This document shows, piece after piece, positions 10,277 to 19,734 of a stretch of DNA of 64,000 nt (position 1 is its first letter; each line of letters begins with the position of its first letter). Source of the DNA: Candidatus Eiseniibacteriota bacterium (GTDB lineage Bacteria > Eisenbacteria > RBG-16-71-46 > JABDJR01). The translations under genes were made by a program, and so were the position numbers. The stretch is taken from NCBI GenBank assembly GCA_963783375.1, contig CAWANH010000028.1:64001-128000 (forward strand), written 5' to 3'. A model generated the notes under the pieces. It saw only the letters and a list, made by a program, of their open reading frames with translations. It had not been told where the DNA came from and ran no database searches.

Positions 10277-11650
10277 ATGAAACACGTCGCCCTTTTCCTG
10301 ACCCTGGCCCTGGTCCTGGCCGCCTGCGGGTCCGGCCCCCGGGAGAAGGCGCCCGCCTCCGGCGACGGCGCCCCCGCGGAAACCACGGCCAAGGCCGGAA
10401 AGCTGACCCTCCCCTTTCTGGCCGACGACTACGCCGGCGCCCTGAGCCAGGCCCGGGAGCGGAAGCTCCCCATCTTCATCGAGACCTGGGCTCCCTGGTG
10501 ACACACCTGTCGCTCGATGAAGGCCTTCGTCTTTACCGATGAGGCCCTCGAGAGCGAAGCCGGGCGGTTCGTCTGGCTCGAGCTGAACACGGAACGCGCG
10601 GAGAACGCCCCGGTGGTGGCCGCCCTCCACGTCCAGGCCCTCCCTACCTATTACATCGTGGACCCGGAGAGCGAGCGCATCCTGGCCCGCCGGCTGGGCG
10701 GCGCCACCGTGGCCCAGCTCAAGGGCTTCCTGGACTCGGGCTACGACACCTTCGCCGGCACCGGACTCGCCCCCGCCGATCGCCACGTGGCGCGCGCCGA
10801 ATCGCTCTACGCCGCGGGGGACATGCCCGCCGCGATCGCCGCCTACCGCGTCGCCCTGGACGAGGGCGGCCCGGAATGGTCCGGCTATCCCATGACCATG
10901 GAAGCCCTCCTCTACGCGCTCCAGATGCACGAGGAGTTCGAGCCCGCGGCGATCCTCGCCCGGGAGAGCTATCCCCGCCTCCGCCGCACCGCCTCCGCGG
11001 CCAACGTGGCCGGGGTGGGGCTCGACAGCGCCCTGGAGCTGGCGTCCGACGACCCCGATCGGGCCGGGCTCATCCACGACCTCATGACCGACGCGGAGGA
11101 GGTCACCTCCGACCGCTCGATCCCCGTGGCCGCCGACGACCGGTCCTCGGTGTTCGGCTCGCTCATCTCGGCCCAGGAAAGCCTCGGGGATTCCGCGGCG
11201 GCGCGCGCGACCACCGAGGCCTGGGCGGAATTCCTGGAGGGCGAGGCGGCCCGGGCCCGGACCCCCGACGAACGCGCGGTGTTCGACTCCCACCGCCTGA
11301 GCGCCTACCTGGAGCTGGGCGAGCCCGAGCGAGCGATTCCCATGCTCCGGCGATCCGAGCGCGACCTCCCCGGCGACTACAACCCACCGGCCCGGCTCGC
11401 CGTCGCCTACCTCCGGATGGGCCGGCTCGACGACGCCCTGAGCGCCTCGGATCGCGCCCTGGCCAAGGCCTACGGGCCGCGAAAGCTCCGCATCCTCCTC
11501 AACCGGGCGGACATCCTGGTCGCGAAAGAGGACCCGGCCGGGGCCCGCAGGACCCTGGAGGACGCCCTCGACCTGGCCCGGGGCATGCCGCCGGAGCAGC
11601 GATCGAAGTCGATGATCGCCCGGATCGAAAAGCGCATCGCGGGGACATGA
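10277..11650 (+). CDS. probable selenocysteine-containing thioredoxin-like/TPR lipoprotein (WAPW-U-HTC)
   Basis: ORFs 10154-10501 and 10517-11650 share one frame and are separated only by TGA 10499-10501 at the first position of a CxxC site. Lipobox LAAC, Trx elements (FVWLELNTE, ALPTYYIVDP), TPR-like helices. Confidence 0.85.
10511..10556 (+). promoter_or_regulatory. candidate bacterial SECIS hairpin
   Basis: GATGAA-GGCC-TTCGTC (10516-10531) with a G-initiated loop 20 nt after TGA. An alternative longer stem (CGCTC..GGCCTTCGTC/GATGAGGCC..GAGCG) is also possible. Confidence 0.5.
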
Positions 11651-13131
11651 CCTTGCCCGCCCCGCGCGCGCTTCGGCCGACGACCGTTCCCGGGGCGATC
11701 GCCGTCACCGCCCTCGCCCTCTTCGTCTTCGGGATCGCGCCGGCCCGCGCCGGCGGCATCGTCATCGACGGCCGGTTCGACGACTGGGCGGGGACCGCGC
11801 CCGCCTACGAACGCGCGCACGCGGAGACCCCGCCGGCGGGCGAACGGGCCGATGCGCGGACGGTGATCGAAGCGGTGTGGGTGTCATCCGACCGCGACCG
11901 CCTGGCCGTCCGCTTCCGGCTGAGCCGCGCGATCTCCCTCCAGAAGGACAACACTCTCGTCCTGGATCTGGACACCGATCTGTCCGGGTCGACCGGCTTT
12001 CTCCCCGATGGCGCCGACCTCCGCTGGACCTTCGCCGGGAGCGAGGGGCGGGCCGTCGTACTCGGGGTTCCGGTCCGGCTCACCCCCGCCGCGGTGGGCC
12101 TTCGCCAGGGACCCACCGTCACCTCCCGCGAGTTCGAGGTCTCCTTCGACCGGCGCGCCTCGGTGGCCGGGGCCCCGATCCTCGCCGGGGACTCGGTGAC
12201 CGTGGTGTTGCGGGACCAGGGCCCTTCGCCGTTCTCGACCGGCAGGCTCACCGCCGCGCTCTCCGATCGCCTCCCCGAGGCCGGCCCGCCGCCCTCCTTC
12301 GCCCGCCGGGACCCCACCGACCTCCGTCTCCTCACCTACAACGTCCTCTTCGACGGCTGCTTCGACCGCCCCGAGCCCTTCCGGCGGATCCTCCGGGCCC
12401 TCGACCCCGACGTCGTCTGCTTCCAGGAGATCTACAACCACTCCCCCGAAGAGGTGCGGGAGTGGATGGAACAGACGCTACCCGGAATCCGGTGGATGAT
12501 CGCGGGAGACGGCGGCCAGGGGATCGTGGCGAGCCGCTACCCGGTCCGGGACTCCGGACCCCTGGGGGCGAGGCGCCGGGGCGGCTGGGCGCGGATCGGG
12601 ACCCCCGAAGGCGACCTCCTGGTGGTCAATCCCCACCCCCCCTGCTGCAACGACGACGCCGGCCGGGAACGGGAGTTCGACGCCATGGCCGCCTGGATCC
12701 GGGACGGGCGCCGCGCCGGGCGCCTGTCCGCGAACATCCCCCTGGTGATCGCGGGGGACATGAACCTGGTCGGGGACGCCCGCCAGCTGGCCACCCTGCT
12801 CACCGGGACCATCGTGGACACCGCGGCCTTCGGCCCGGGGGCCGCTCCCGACGGGGACGGAACCCCCCTCGAGGACGCCGTCCCCCTCCACCTCACCGGG
12901 CGCGAGTCCTATACCTGGCGAAACGACCGCGGGGCCTTCGCTCCCGGCCGGCTCGACTACATCGTCTTCTCGGACAGCGTGCTCGGGCTGGCCCGGTCGT
13001 TCGTGCTGTGGACCCCGGATCTTCCGCCCGCGTTTCTCGAGGCGTCCGGGCTCGAGCCCATGGACACCGCGATCGCCTCGGACCACCTGCCGGTGGTGGC
13101 CGACTTCTACTTCCCCGGCTCCTCCCGCTGA
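11647..13131 (+). CDS. secreted endonuclease/exonuclease/phosphatase (EEP) family protein with N-terminal beta-rich domain
   Basis: Signal peptide, LLTYNV, DVVCFQEI, AGDMN, RLDYI, SDHLPV. ATGA overlap with the upstream gene. Confidence 0.88.
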   Translation: MTLPAPRALRPTTVPGAIAVTALALFVFGIAPARAGGIVIDGRFDDWAGTAPAYERAHAETPPAGERADARTVIEAVWVSSDRDRLAVRFRLSRAISLQKDNTLVLDLDTDLSGSTGFLPDGADLRWTFAGSEGRAVVLGVPVRLTPAAVGLRQGPTVTSREFEVSFDRRASVAGAPILAGDSVTVVLRDQGPSPFSTGRLTAALSDRLPEAGPPPSFARRDPTDLRLLTYNVLFDGCFDRPEPFRRILRALDPDVVCFQEIYNHSPEEVREWMEQTLPGIRWMIAGDGGQGIVASRYPVRDSGPLGARRRGGWARIGTPEGDLLVVNPHPPCCNDDAGREREFDAMAAWIRDGRRAGRLSANIPLVIAGDMNLVGDARQLATLLTGTIVDTAAFGPGAAPDGDGTPLEDAVPLHLTGRESYTWRNDRGAFAPGRLDYIVFSDSVLGLARSFVLWTPDLPPAFLEASGLEPMDTAIASDHLPVVADFYFPGSSR

Positions 13132-13772
13132 GCCAGGTTCACCAGCAGGAGGCGCAGGATCCGACGGGCGTCGTCCGGCCCCACCCGGTCCACCGCCTCG
13201 GCCAGGGCCCTTAGCGTCCGGGGATCCCGGTCCCCTTCCGGCTCCAACCCCGCCTCGGTTTGGAAGTCCCGGATCGCCCGGTCCGCGCCCTCATCCCACT
13301 CCCCGGTGCCGATGTCCGTCGGGTGGCCGAGCGCGGAGAGGACCGCCTTCAGGAGCACCCGCTCCTCGTAGCTGAACCGGTCCGCGTCGAACCGCGGGGA
13401 GGACACGACGATCTGGGAAGGGTCGCGGACCTCGATCTGGGGTTTCCCCCGGTAGGTCTCGACGGTTCCGGTGACGCAGACTTCCCGCTGGGCGAACATC
13501 CGGTGGGGCGGGCTTTCGAACTTGCGGTTGTTGTCCCCCCAGATCACCACGGTGAACGTCTGGTCGGGATAGGGCCGGCCGAAGTTGAGGAAGGTGGGCT
13601 CCCCCTTCAGGCGGTCGAAATGAGCGGCCCCGGCCACCGTGCCGCAGACCGTGATCGCCTCGCCCACGTGCTTCGAGGCCTCGGCGGCGGGCACCGGCTC
13701 CGCGCCCCGGACCGGGCTGGCGAGGACGAGTAGGAGCGCGGCGGACAGCGAAACCCGGACGGATCGAAACAT
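13107..13772 (-). CDS. secreted OB-fold protein with C-terminal peptidoglycan-binding domain
   Basis: AAGGAG RBS, signal peptide, OB-like TFLNFG..FTVVIW..VTGTVETYRGKPQIEV, PG_binding_1-like LSALGH..AIRDFQ..GL..G..DPRTL. Confidence 0.75.
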   Translation of the reverse strand: MFRSVRVSLSAALLLVLASPVRGAEPVPAAEASKHVGEAITVCGTVAGAAHFDRLKGEPTFLNFGRPYPDQTFTVVIWGDNNRKFESPPHRMFAQREVCVTGTVETYRGKPQIEVRDPSQIVVSSPRFDADRFSYEERVLLKAVLSALGHPTDIGTGEWDEGADRAIRDFQTEAGLEPEGDRDPRTLRALAEAVDRVGPDDARRILRLLLVNLAQREEPGK

Positions 13773-13844
13773 CAGAACTCCTTCACCTCGGGCACTTGTC
13801 CCGGCGCCGATACCGTTCATATGGGCGGCCCCGCTCCGGTCCGG

Positions 13845-14462
13845 TCAGTTCATGGTCGCGGAGAAGCGCAGGGCCAGGCTCGTTCCGGTCCAGCTCGCGT
13901 CGATCCCCTTCTCGGGGAAGGAGTGGTAGCCGAAAGCCAGCGCCACCCCGAGTCCCCAGGAGTCCCCCACCCACCACTCCTTGCCCAGCGACAGGTCGGT
14001 GATGGGACCGTCATCGGTCTCTCCGCCCGGGCCGTTGGTCGGATCCACGGTCAGGGATCCCCAGCCTACCGAACCGGAGAGGTACACGTTGGCGGGCATG
14101 AAATAGTAGGTGAGGCCCCCGGCGACCCCGGCCATGCTCACATCTCCGTTGAGTTGGCCCGAGCCGACCCCTTTCCACTCCACGTCGGGATCGCTGGCCA
14201 CCCAGCTCAACAAGGTACCGTGAAGGGCGAGGTTCGGGGAGACCATCCCGCCGATGGCGATGTTCAGGTCGCCGGTGGGGCCGCTGACCTCGAAGCTGGC
14301 CCCCTGGTAGTCGATCGACGTCGTGGCGTAGCCCCCTCCGGCGGAGAGCCGGAGGAAGAAGCCGTCGTGGGTGCGGGGGGCGCCGGCGGCGGCCGCCGCC
14401 GACCAGAGGACGCACAGGAGCACCACCGAGCCGATGATGAGCGCGAAGCGATGGACGGACAT
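13845..14462 (-). CDS. outer-membrane beta-barrel protein
   Basis: GAGGAGG RBS, signal peptide, amphipathic strands (HDGFFLRL, GLTYYFMP, GKEWWV). Confidence 0.75.
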   Translation of the reverse strand: MSVHRFALIIGSVVLLCVLWSAAAAAGAPRTHDGFFLRLSAGGGYATTSIDYQGASFEVSGPTGDLNIAIGGMVSPNLALHGTLLSWVASDPDVEWKGVGSGQLNGDVSMAGVAGGLTYYFMPANVYLSGSVGWGSLTVDPTNGPGGETDDGPITDLSLGKEWWVGDSWGLGVALAFGYHSFPEKGIDASWTGTSLALRFSATMN

Positions 14463-14694
14463 GGGTCGTTCCTCCTCATCGATGAAGTGCCGCATGGCTG
14501 GACTCATCGGACAGGGAAGCGGCGCCGGACTGTCCCCGGGAAGAGCGGGCACGGGGGCGTGCCATCCCCATGCTTAAATCGAATCGGGAAGAAGTGCAAT
14601 CCAATTCGGAGGCCCCTCACCAGGAAGGGATCGAGCCACCCGACGGTTGAAGCGGGGACGGTGGGGCCCGGGGCGCCGGCCCGCCCCGGGGGGC

Positions 14695-15558
14695 TCAGAC
14701 CGCGGGAACCAGCGTCCCGTCCTCGATGAGCCCGGAGACCACGTCGGGGGCCTCCGACGCATCCGCCCCCAGCTTCGTGATCTCACCGACCAGGGCATCG
14801 AAATCCCGGGGGGCACCGGCAAAGGCCAGGAACTCGTAGAGGCCCCGGGTGATCTCCGTGGCCCCGGCGGCGAACCGCACGCGGGGACCGTCGTCCCGGA
14901 CGAGTTCCAGGAGAAGGAACTCGGGCCGCGCCGGGTCGAGCCGGGTACCCGGCATGGACGCCGGGGAATCGAGCACGGCGCGGGCCAGGTCCCCGGTGGA
15001 GCCGGCGAGCGCCACGTGGATCGCCTCGTGGAGGTCGGCGGTCCGGCGGGGAGCGGTGTGAAGCGCCTTGTCCGTGGAGAGCCGCCAGGCCGAGCCCTCC
15101 CCGGGGTCCTCCGGAGACGGCGGGGCGTCCCGGTGAAGCCGGACGATCGCCTGCTCCAGCCGGGCCAGCGCGGTCACCCTTCGATCGGGCACGCTTCCCG
15201 CGGCGGCCTGATCGGCCAGGTAATCCCCGAAGGCCAGGGCCATCGATCCCCGCTCCTGGACCGAAGCGTGGAAGGGGGCGGAGCCGAAGAAGGCGAGGAG
15301 CGGGCCGGGACCTTCGGCCGAGCGCACGGCCAGCGCCCCCGCGGCCGGGTACTGCTGGAGAAGAATGTTGAGCGAGCGCACCGGGCGCTCGGAGTCGACG
15401 CGCCAGGCGCGCGGATCCGGCCCGAGAAGCCACCCCCGCTCCTCGGCGGTGAGATCGATCCCCGCCAGCGCTCCGTCGGGATCCCCCAGCACCCGCCGGG
15501 CGAACCCCGGGTCGTAGAGCATCCGCACCATGACCCGCTGGAGCGCGACGTGGCTCAT
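14695..15558 (-). CDS. DUF2063/RRE-like partner of the DUF692 enzyme
   Basis: ATGA-coupled to DUF692. Motifs LQQYP, FGDYL..LARLEQA and a C-terminal winged-helix-like segment. Confidence 0.7.
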   Translation of the reverse strand: MSHVALQRVMVRMLYDPGFARRVLGDPDGALAGIDLTAEERGWLLGPDPRAWRVDSERPVRSLNILLQQYPAAGALAVRSAEGPGPLLAFFGSAPFHASVQERGSMALAFGDYLADQAAAGSVPDRRVTALARLEQAIVRLHRDAPPSPEDPGEGSAWRLSTDKALHTAPRRTADLHEAIHVALAGSTGDLARAVLDSPASMPGTRLDPARPEFLLLELVRDDGPRVRFAAGATEITRGLYEFLAFAGAPRDFDALVGEITKLGADASEAPDVVSGLIEDGTLVPAV

Positions 15559-16442
15559 CCGGCCCCCGTTCCCAGGAGCGGTGATCCGGAGAGCACCGAG
15601 GCGATCCGCGCGAAGCCCGGAAGGGTCTCGGGAAGGGGGTTTCGCTCGCACTCGAACACCACCGCCCGGAGGTTCGGGCAGCGGGGCACCAGGTGTTCGA
15701 AGATCCTCCAGGTCTCGGCCAGCACCTCGGGGGTGTGGTCGTCTTCCACGTACTCCCATCCGTCGTGGGACCGGCCGCTCCCCCCCGCCACGTGCATCTC
15801 CACGATTCGCTCCATGGGAAACCCGTCCAGGCCGGTGAGCGGCGCGTGCCCGTGGCTCTTCTGGTAGATGGCCAGGTGGGCGCAGTCGAGGAGCATCCCG
15901 GTGTCGGCGCGCCCGATCGCCCGGGCGAAGAAGTCCAGGAGATGGAGGTTCCCCAGGAACACCGCCCCGGGCGGGTTTTCGGGGAACACCTCGTAGCCCA
16001 CCGACTCGCGCAGCCGGATCACGCCCTCGGCGATCGCCTCCGCCGAGGCCTCGGAGAGGATCGGGGGAAGGAGCAGCATGTGCCCAGGCTCGCGCCCCCC
16101 GAAATGCCACATCCCGGCATCCCCGCAGAACCAGGCCGGCCGGAGGGCGGCGGCCAGGGAACGAACCTCGTCCAGCCAGGCCGGCTCGAAGTCCTCGGGA
16201 TCGTCCAGGTTCAGGTCGAGGAAGTGGTAGGTGGCGGGAAGCCCCAGCCCGGCCCACTCCCGGGCGTGTCGATCGAGCCCGGAGAGCGTCTCCACCCCGA
16301 CCTCCAGGAAGCCGGCGTAGGCCGGGTGGAGATGCCGAAGCTCGGGCACGTCGAGACCGCGGGGGGAATCTCCCGCCCCGTATTCGGTAGATACTCCAAG
16401 ACCCAACCGGGGAAGCGCCAGGACACGCTGACTGAAGTCCAT
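15555..16442 (-). CDS. DUF692 family multinuclear non-heme iron-dependent oxidative enzyme (MNIO)
   Basis: LGLG, FLEV, YH, LLLPP, PENPP, MLLDCAH, EMHVAGG, DDH, VVFECE. Confidence 0.88.
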   Translation of the reverse strand: MDFSQRVLALPRLGLGVSTEYGAGDSPRGLDVPELRHLHPAYAGFLEVGVETLSGLDRHAREWAGLGLPATYHFLDLNLDDPEDFEPAWLDEVRSLAAALRPAWFCGDAGMWHFGGREPGHMLLLPPILSEASAEAIAEGVIRLRESVGYEVFPENPPGAVFLGNLHLLDFFARAIGRADTGMLLDCAHLAIYQKSHGHAPLTGLDGFPMERIVEMHVAGGSGRSHDGWEYVEDDHTPEVLAETWRIFEHLVPRCPNLRAVVFECERNPLPETLPGFARIASVLSGSPLLGTGAG

Positions 16443-16559
16443 ATCGAGAGTTTAGCAGCCTGATCCGCTTCCCATCGGGGCCGGGCCGATGCTAGGATCT
16501 TTGCAACCTCCCCTCGGTCCGATCCGTCGGACCCGATACCCCTCGTAGGCCGTCAACCC

Positions 16560-17866
16560 ATGAACATCCTTGATCGCCCGGAGAGGGCCCCCAGGGCCTT
16601 CCGCCGCGGGCCTGTGTACATTCCGAAGCCGTGGCGGCTGGCGCTCGGCCTGGCCGTGGCCGGGCTGCTCTCCGTCGCCCCACCGGTCGGCTCCCCCGCC
16701 GGCGCGGCCCCCCTGTCTCTTCAGTCGGATGCCGCGGTTCCGTTTTCCCCGGGGTCGGGGACGTGGTGGACGCCATGACGGTGTCGCGGCTCGACGGATT
16801 CCTCCGGGATCTCTGCGGGGCCAACGAGGTCACGGTGGACGGGGGTCCGGTGGCTTTCTCCACCCGCTGGTCCCTGAGCACGGAGGGCGCCCAGGCCGGC
16901 CGGTACGTGGCCGACCGCCTCGCCGGGATGGGATACGAGGTGCGCACCGAGGCGTTTCCGGTGGGGAACAAGACCGGGCTGAACGTGGTGGCCCGCCTCC
17001 CCGGGCAGGTGACGCCGGACCGGGTCTACATTCTCGGCGCCCACCTGGATTCGATCTCGGAGCTTCCGACAACCCTGGCCCCGGGCGCCGAGGACAACGG
17101 GAGCGGCTCCGCCGGAGTTCTGACCGCGGCCGCCGCGCTCGCCGGCCGACGCTTCGAGTCGACCATCGAGTTGGTCCTCTTCTCCGGGGAGGAGCAGCTG
17201 GTCAAGGGAAGCTTCGCCTACGTGAAGAACGCCTTGGCCGGAGGCCGGGACATCCGAGGGGTGGTGATTTTCGACATGATCGCGTACTGGAAGGACCACT
17301 ACGGCCTGCTGATCAACGGGGAGACCCGCTACGGGGATCTCATGCAAAGCGCGGCCGACGCCGTGAACGCCTTCACGGATCTCTCCTGGGAGTTTTCCTA
17401 CGACGACCTCCTGAGCGACCACGTGCCCTTCATGGACGCGGGGATCCCCGCCCTGCTCCTGGCCGACCGGGACTTCCGGGCCTATCCCGCCTATCACCGA
17501 TCCGACGACACCTACGAGAAAACCGACCCCGTGCTGGCCCTGAAGATCGCCCGGGCCGGGGCGGCGGTGATCGCCCAGGCCGCGGGGCCGATGGGGCCGG
17601 CGGTCGGGGTCCCTGAAGTCCCGTCCTCCCCGGCCCGTCTCCAGGTGGCTCCCAACCCGGCCCGGGCCGCGATCTCGGTCTCCGGCACCGATGGGAGCCC
17701 GGTGGAGGTCTACGACCTGGCCGGCCGGCTGGTCCGTCGACTCCCGGGGCGGGCGGCCGGCGTCCTTCGCTGGGATCTCACCGATGCCTCGGGCCGCCCG
17801 GTTCCCCCCGGGTCGTACTGGATCCGAAGCGGCCGGGCCACGGAACGGGTGGTGATTCTCCCCTGA
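16560..17866 (+). pseudogene. M28-family peptidase with FlgD/T9SS-like C-terminal domain, frameshifted near 16748-16754
   Basis: GAHLDS, GAEDNGSG, SGEEQ, DMI, SDH, YH. C-terminal PNP..VEVYDLAGRLVRRL..WD..G.Y. The signal peptide lies in another frame and one added G restores continuity. Confidence 0.8.
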
Positions 17867-17925
17867 CCGGGAATCCGCAGGCGACCCCCCGGGTAAATTC
17901 AAAGGAAGATGACTTTTTCAATCTC

Positions 17926-17954
17926 TTGACAAAGTTTATCTTCTAATTTAGGAT
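17926..17954 (+). promoter_or_regulatory. strong sigma70 promoter
   Basis: TTGACA-17 nt-TAGGAT in an AT-rich intergenic region. Confidence 0.75.
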
Positions 17955-18037
17955 TGGATCCCATTCTGGCGATGGGGTTATCCCAGCTACTTCTTTCTGC
18001 TGCTTGAGGGATCCAGGATCTCTCTGCGAGGTGCATC

Positions 18038-18748
18038 ATGAGGCGTTGGCTATTGTCCCTGGGGGTCTTTGCTCTCCTTCTGCCGTCCCTGGCCCTGGCC
18101 GTTCCTGTCCCGGGCACGTACACGTCCACCGATCTGGGGGGAAACCTCCTTACCGGCCGGGCCTCCACCTGGCGCTCGGGCATCAACTCGGGCCTTCCGC
18201 ACGTGCTTCACGCCGAGTCCTGGGACGGAAGCGCTCTGGGCAACCAGTGGGAGGTGAGCTGCCCGACCGAAAACGCCGCTTTCCTCGTCCAGGACAACCG
18301 GGTGGGCGGGGTGGGGACCATCGTCTACACCTCGACCTTCACCGGAGGGACCTTCACCTTCCTTCCCGGCGCGTGGCCCTGGGGCGACGGCTCGGGGACC
18401 TTGGGCACCACCACCCTCATCACCACCGTGCAGTACGTGCTGATCAGCGGGGTGAGCACGCCGGTGGCCGCGGTGGTGAACGGCAACACCAGCGGCCAGT
18501 TCACCGACGGCTGCTACCTGACCTTCGCCATCGGAAACGGGTCCGGGGTGGGCGAGACGACGAGCGAGAACCTCGCCGTCACCAAGCCCGCCGACTACCC
18601 GACCTTCCTCGACGGCTCCTGCGGACCGGCGCCGGCCAACCAGCAGTTCGGAAGCTGGGGCACGGTGATCACGATCACCATGCGGATCGACTGTCCGGTT
18701 CCCACCAAGCCGTCCACCTGGGGCCGGATCAAGGCCACCTACAACTAG
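18038..18748 (+). CDS. secreted Thr/Gly-rich protein with C-terminal VPTKPSTWGRIKATYN motif
   Basis: GAGGT RBS, signal peptide ending ALA, own promoter and terminator. Confidence 0.8.
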   Translation: MRRWLLSLGVFALLLPSLALAVPVPGTYTSTDLGGNLLTGRASTWRSGINSGLPHVLHAESWDGSALGNQWEVSCPTENAAFLVQDNRVGGVGTIVYTSTFTGGTFTFLPGAWPWGDGSGTLGTTTLITTVQYVLISGVSTPVAAVVNGNTSGQFTDGCYLTFAIGNGSGVGETTSENLAVTKPADYPTFLDGSCGPAPANQQFGSWGTVITITMRIDCPVPTKPSTWGRIKATYN

Positions 18749-18772
18749 ACTGCTTTCTTCGAACGACTTCCA

Positions 18773-18807
18773 AAGCGGCCGTCGGGGTTTCCCGGCGGCC
18801 GCTCTTG
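18773..18807 (+). terminator. intrinsic terminator-like hairpin
   Basis: AGCGGCCGTCGGG/CCCGGCGGCCGCT followed by CTT, directly after the stop. Confidence 0.6.
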
Positions 18808-18872
18808 GTATCCGGCGTCCGCTCTGCCATGCTTCCTGGGTCCCGTGCGCTCCCTCCCGAGGAGGATCCGAA

Positions 18873-19604
18873 ATGAACCGTTTCCCGACCGTCGTCCTCG
18901 TGACCGGCGCCCTCCTGGCTCTCGTCCCGGGGGCCGCGACGCCCACCCCGCACCCGGTTCCCGGTGAGACACCCGGGGTCGCCGCCCCGGAAAGCGGGAC
19001 CGCCGCCCCCGCCGACACCTTCCGGTTCGCCGGGGACATCCGCCGCTTCGAAGGGGCGGACCGGGCGAGCGCGCCTCCCGCCCACCCCGTCCTCTTCGTG
19101 GGCAGTTCCTCGATCCGCATGTGGTCGGGCCTGGCCGAGGACTTCCCCGGCGTTCCGGTCCTCAACCGGGGCTTCGGGGGCTCGGAGACCGAGGACGTCC
19201 TCCGCTACGCCGACCGGATCGTCTTTCCCTATCATCCCCGGCTCATCTTCCTCTACGAGGGGGACAACGATCTGGCCGCGGGAAAGAGCCCGGACCGGGT
19301 CTTCGCCGACCTCGACTCCCTGGTCACCCTCATCCACCGGCGACTCCCCGGGACCCCGGTGGCCTTCATCTCGATCAAGCCCAGCCTGGCCCGGCGGAAC
19401 CTCCTGGAGGCGATGCAGGAGGTGAACGCCCGCATGCGCGCCCGGGCCGCCGCGGACCCCGGGCTCGACTACGTGGACGTGATGACCCCCATGCTCGACG
19501 GGCGCGGCGAGCCGCGGCCGGAGATCTTCCTGCCCGACGGGCTCCACCTGAACGCGGCGGGGTACGCGATCTGGGTCCATGCGGTGGCCCCGCTTCTCGA
19601 GTGA
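18873..19604 (+). CDS. SGNH/GDSL hydrolase
   Basis: FVGSSSI, NRGFGG, EGDND, DGLH, signal peptide. Confidence 0.9.
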   Translation: MNRFPTVVLVTGALLALVPGAATPTPHPVPGETPGVAAPESGTAAPADTFRFAGDIRRFEGADRASAPPAHPVLFVGSSSIRMWSGLAEDFPGVPVLNRGFGGSETEDVLRYADRIVFPYHPRLIFLYEGDNDLAAGKSPDRVFADLDSLVTLIHRRLPGTPVAFISIKPSLARRNLLEAMQEVNARMRARAAADPGLDYVDVMTPMLDGRGEPRPEIFLPDGLHLNAAGYAIWVHAVAPLLE

Positions 19605-19734
19605 CGGCGGCGGACCCTGCGGGGCGTCCGCACCGCCCCGGCCTCGGCGCGGCGCGCACCGCGGCCGGGACGGAGCGCGCCGTCCCAGAACGCCCTTGGG
19701 GGGACCGGCCCGGCAGTGTAGAATCCGGGGCCTC

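Noticed and set aside
10499-10501. Genome-wide TGA recoding (genetic code 4 or 25)
   Set aside because: TGA ends many genes here, including several ATGA/GTGA overlaps, so read-through must be site-specific.
14549-14564. sigma54 promoter TGGCACGCCCCCGTGC on the minus strand
   Set aside because: GG-to-GC spacing is 11 nt instead of 10 and the TT before GC is missing; more simply a small hairpin.
14463-14694. MNIO precursor peptide downstream of the partner gene
   Set aside because: Only short ORFs without an RBS, Cys-rich core or repeated motif.
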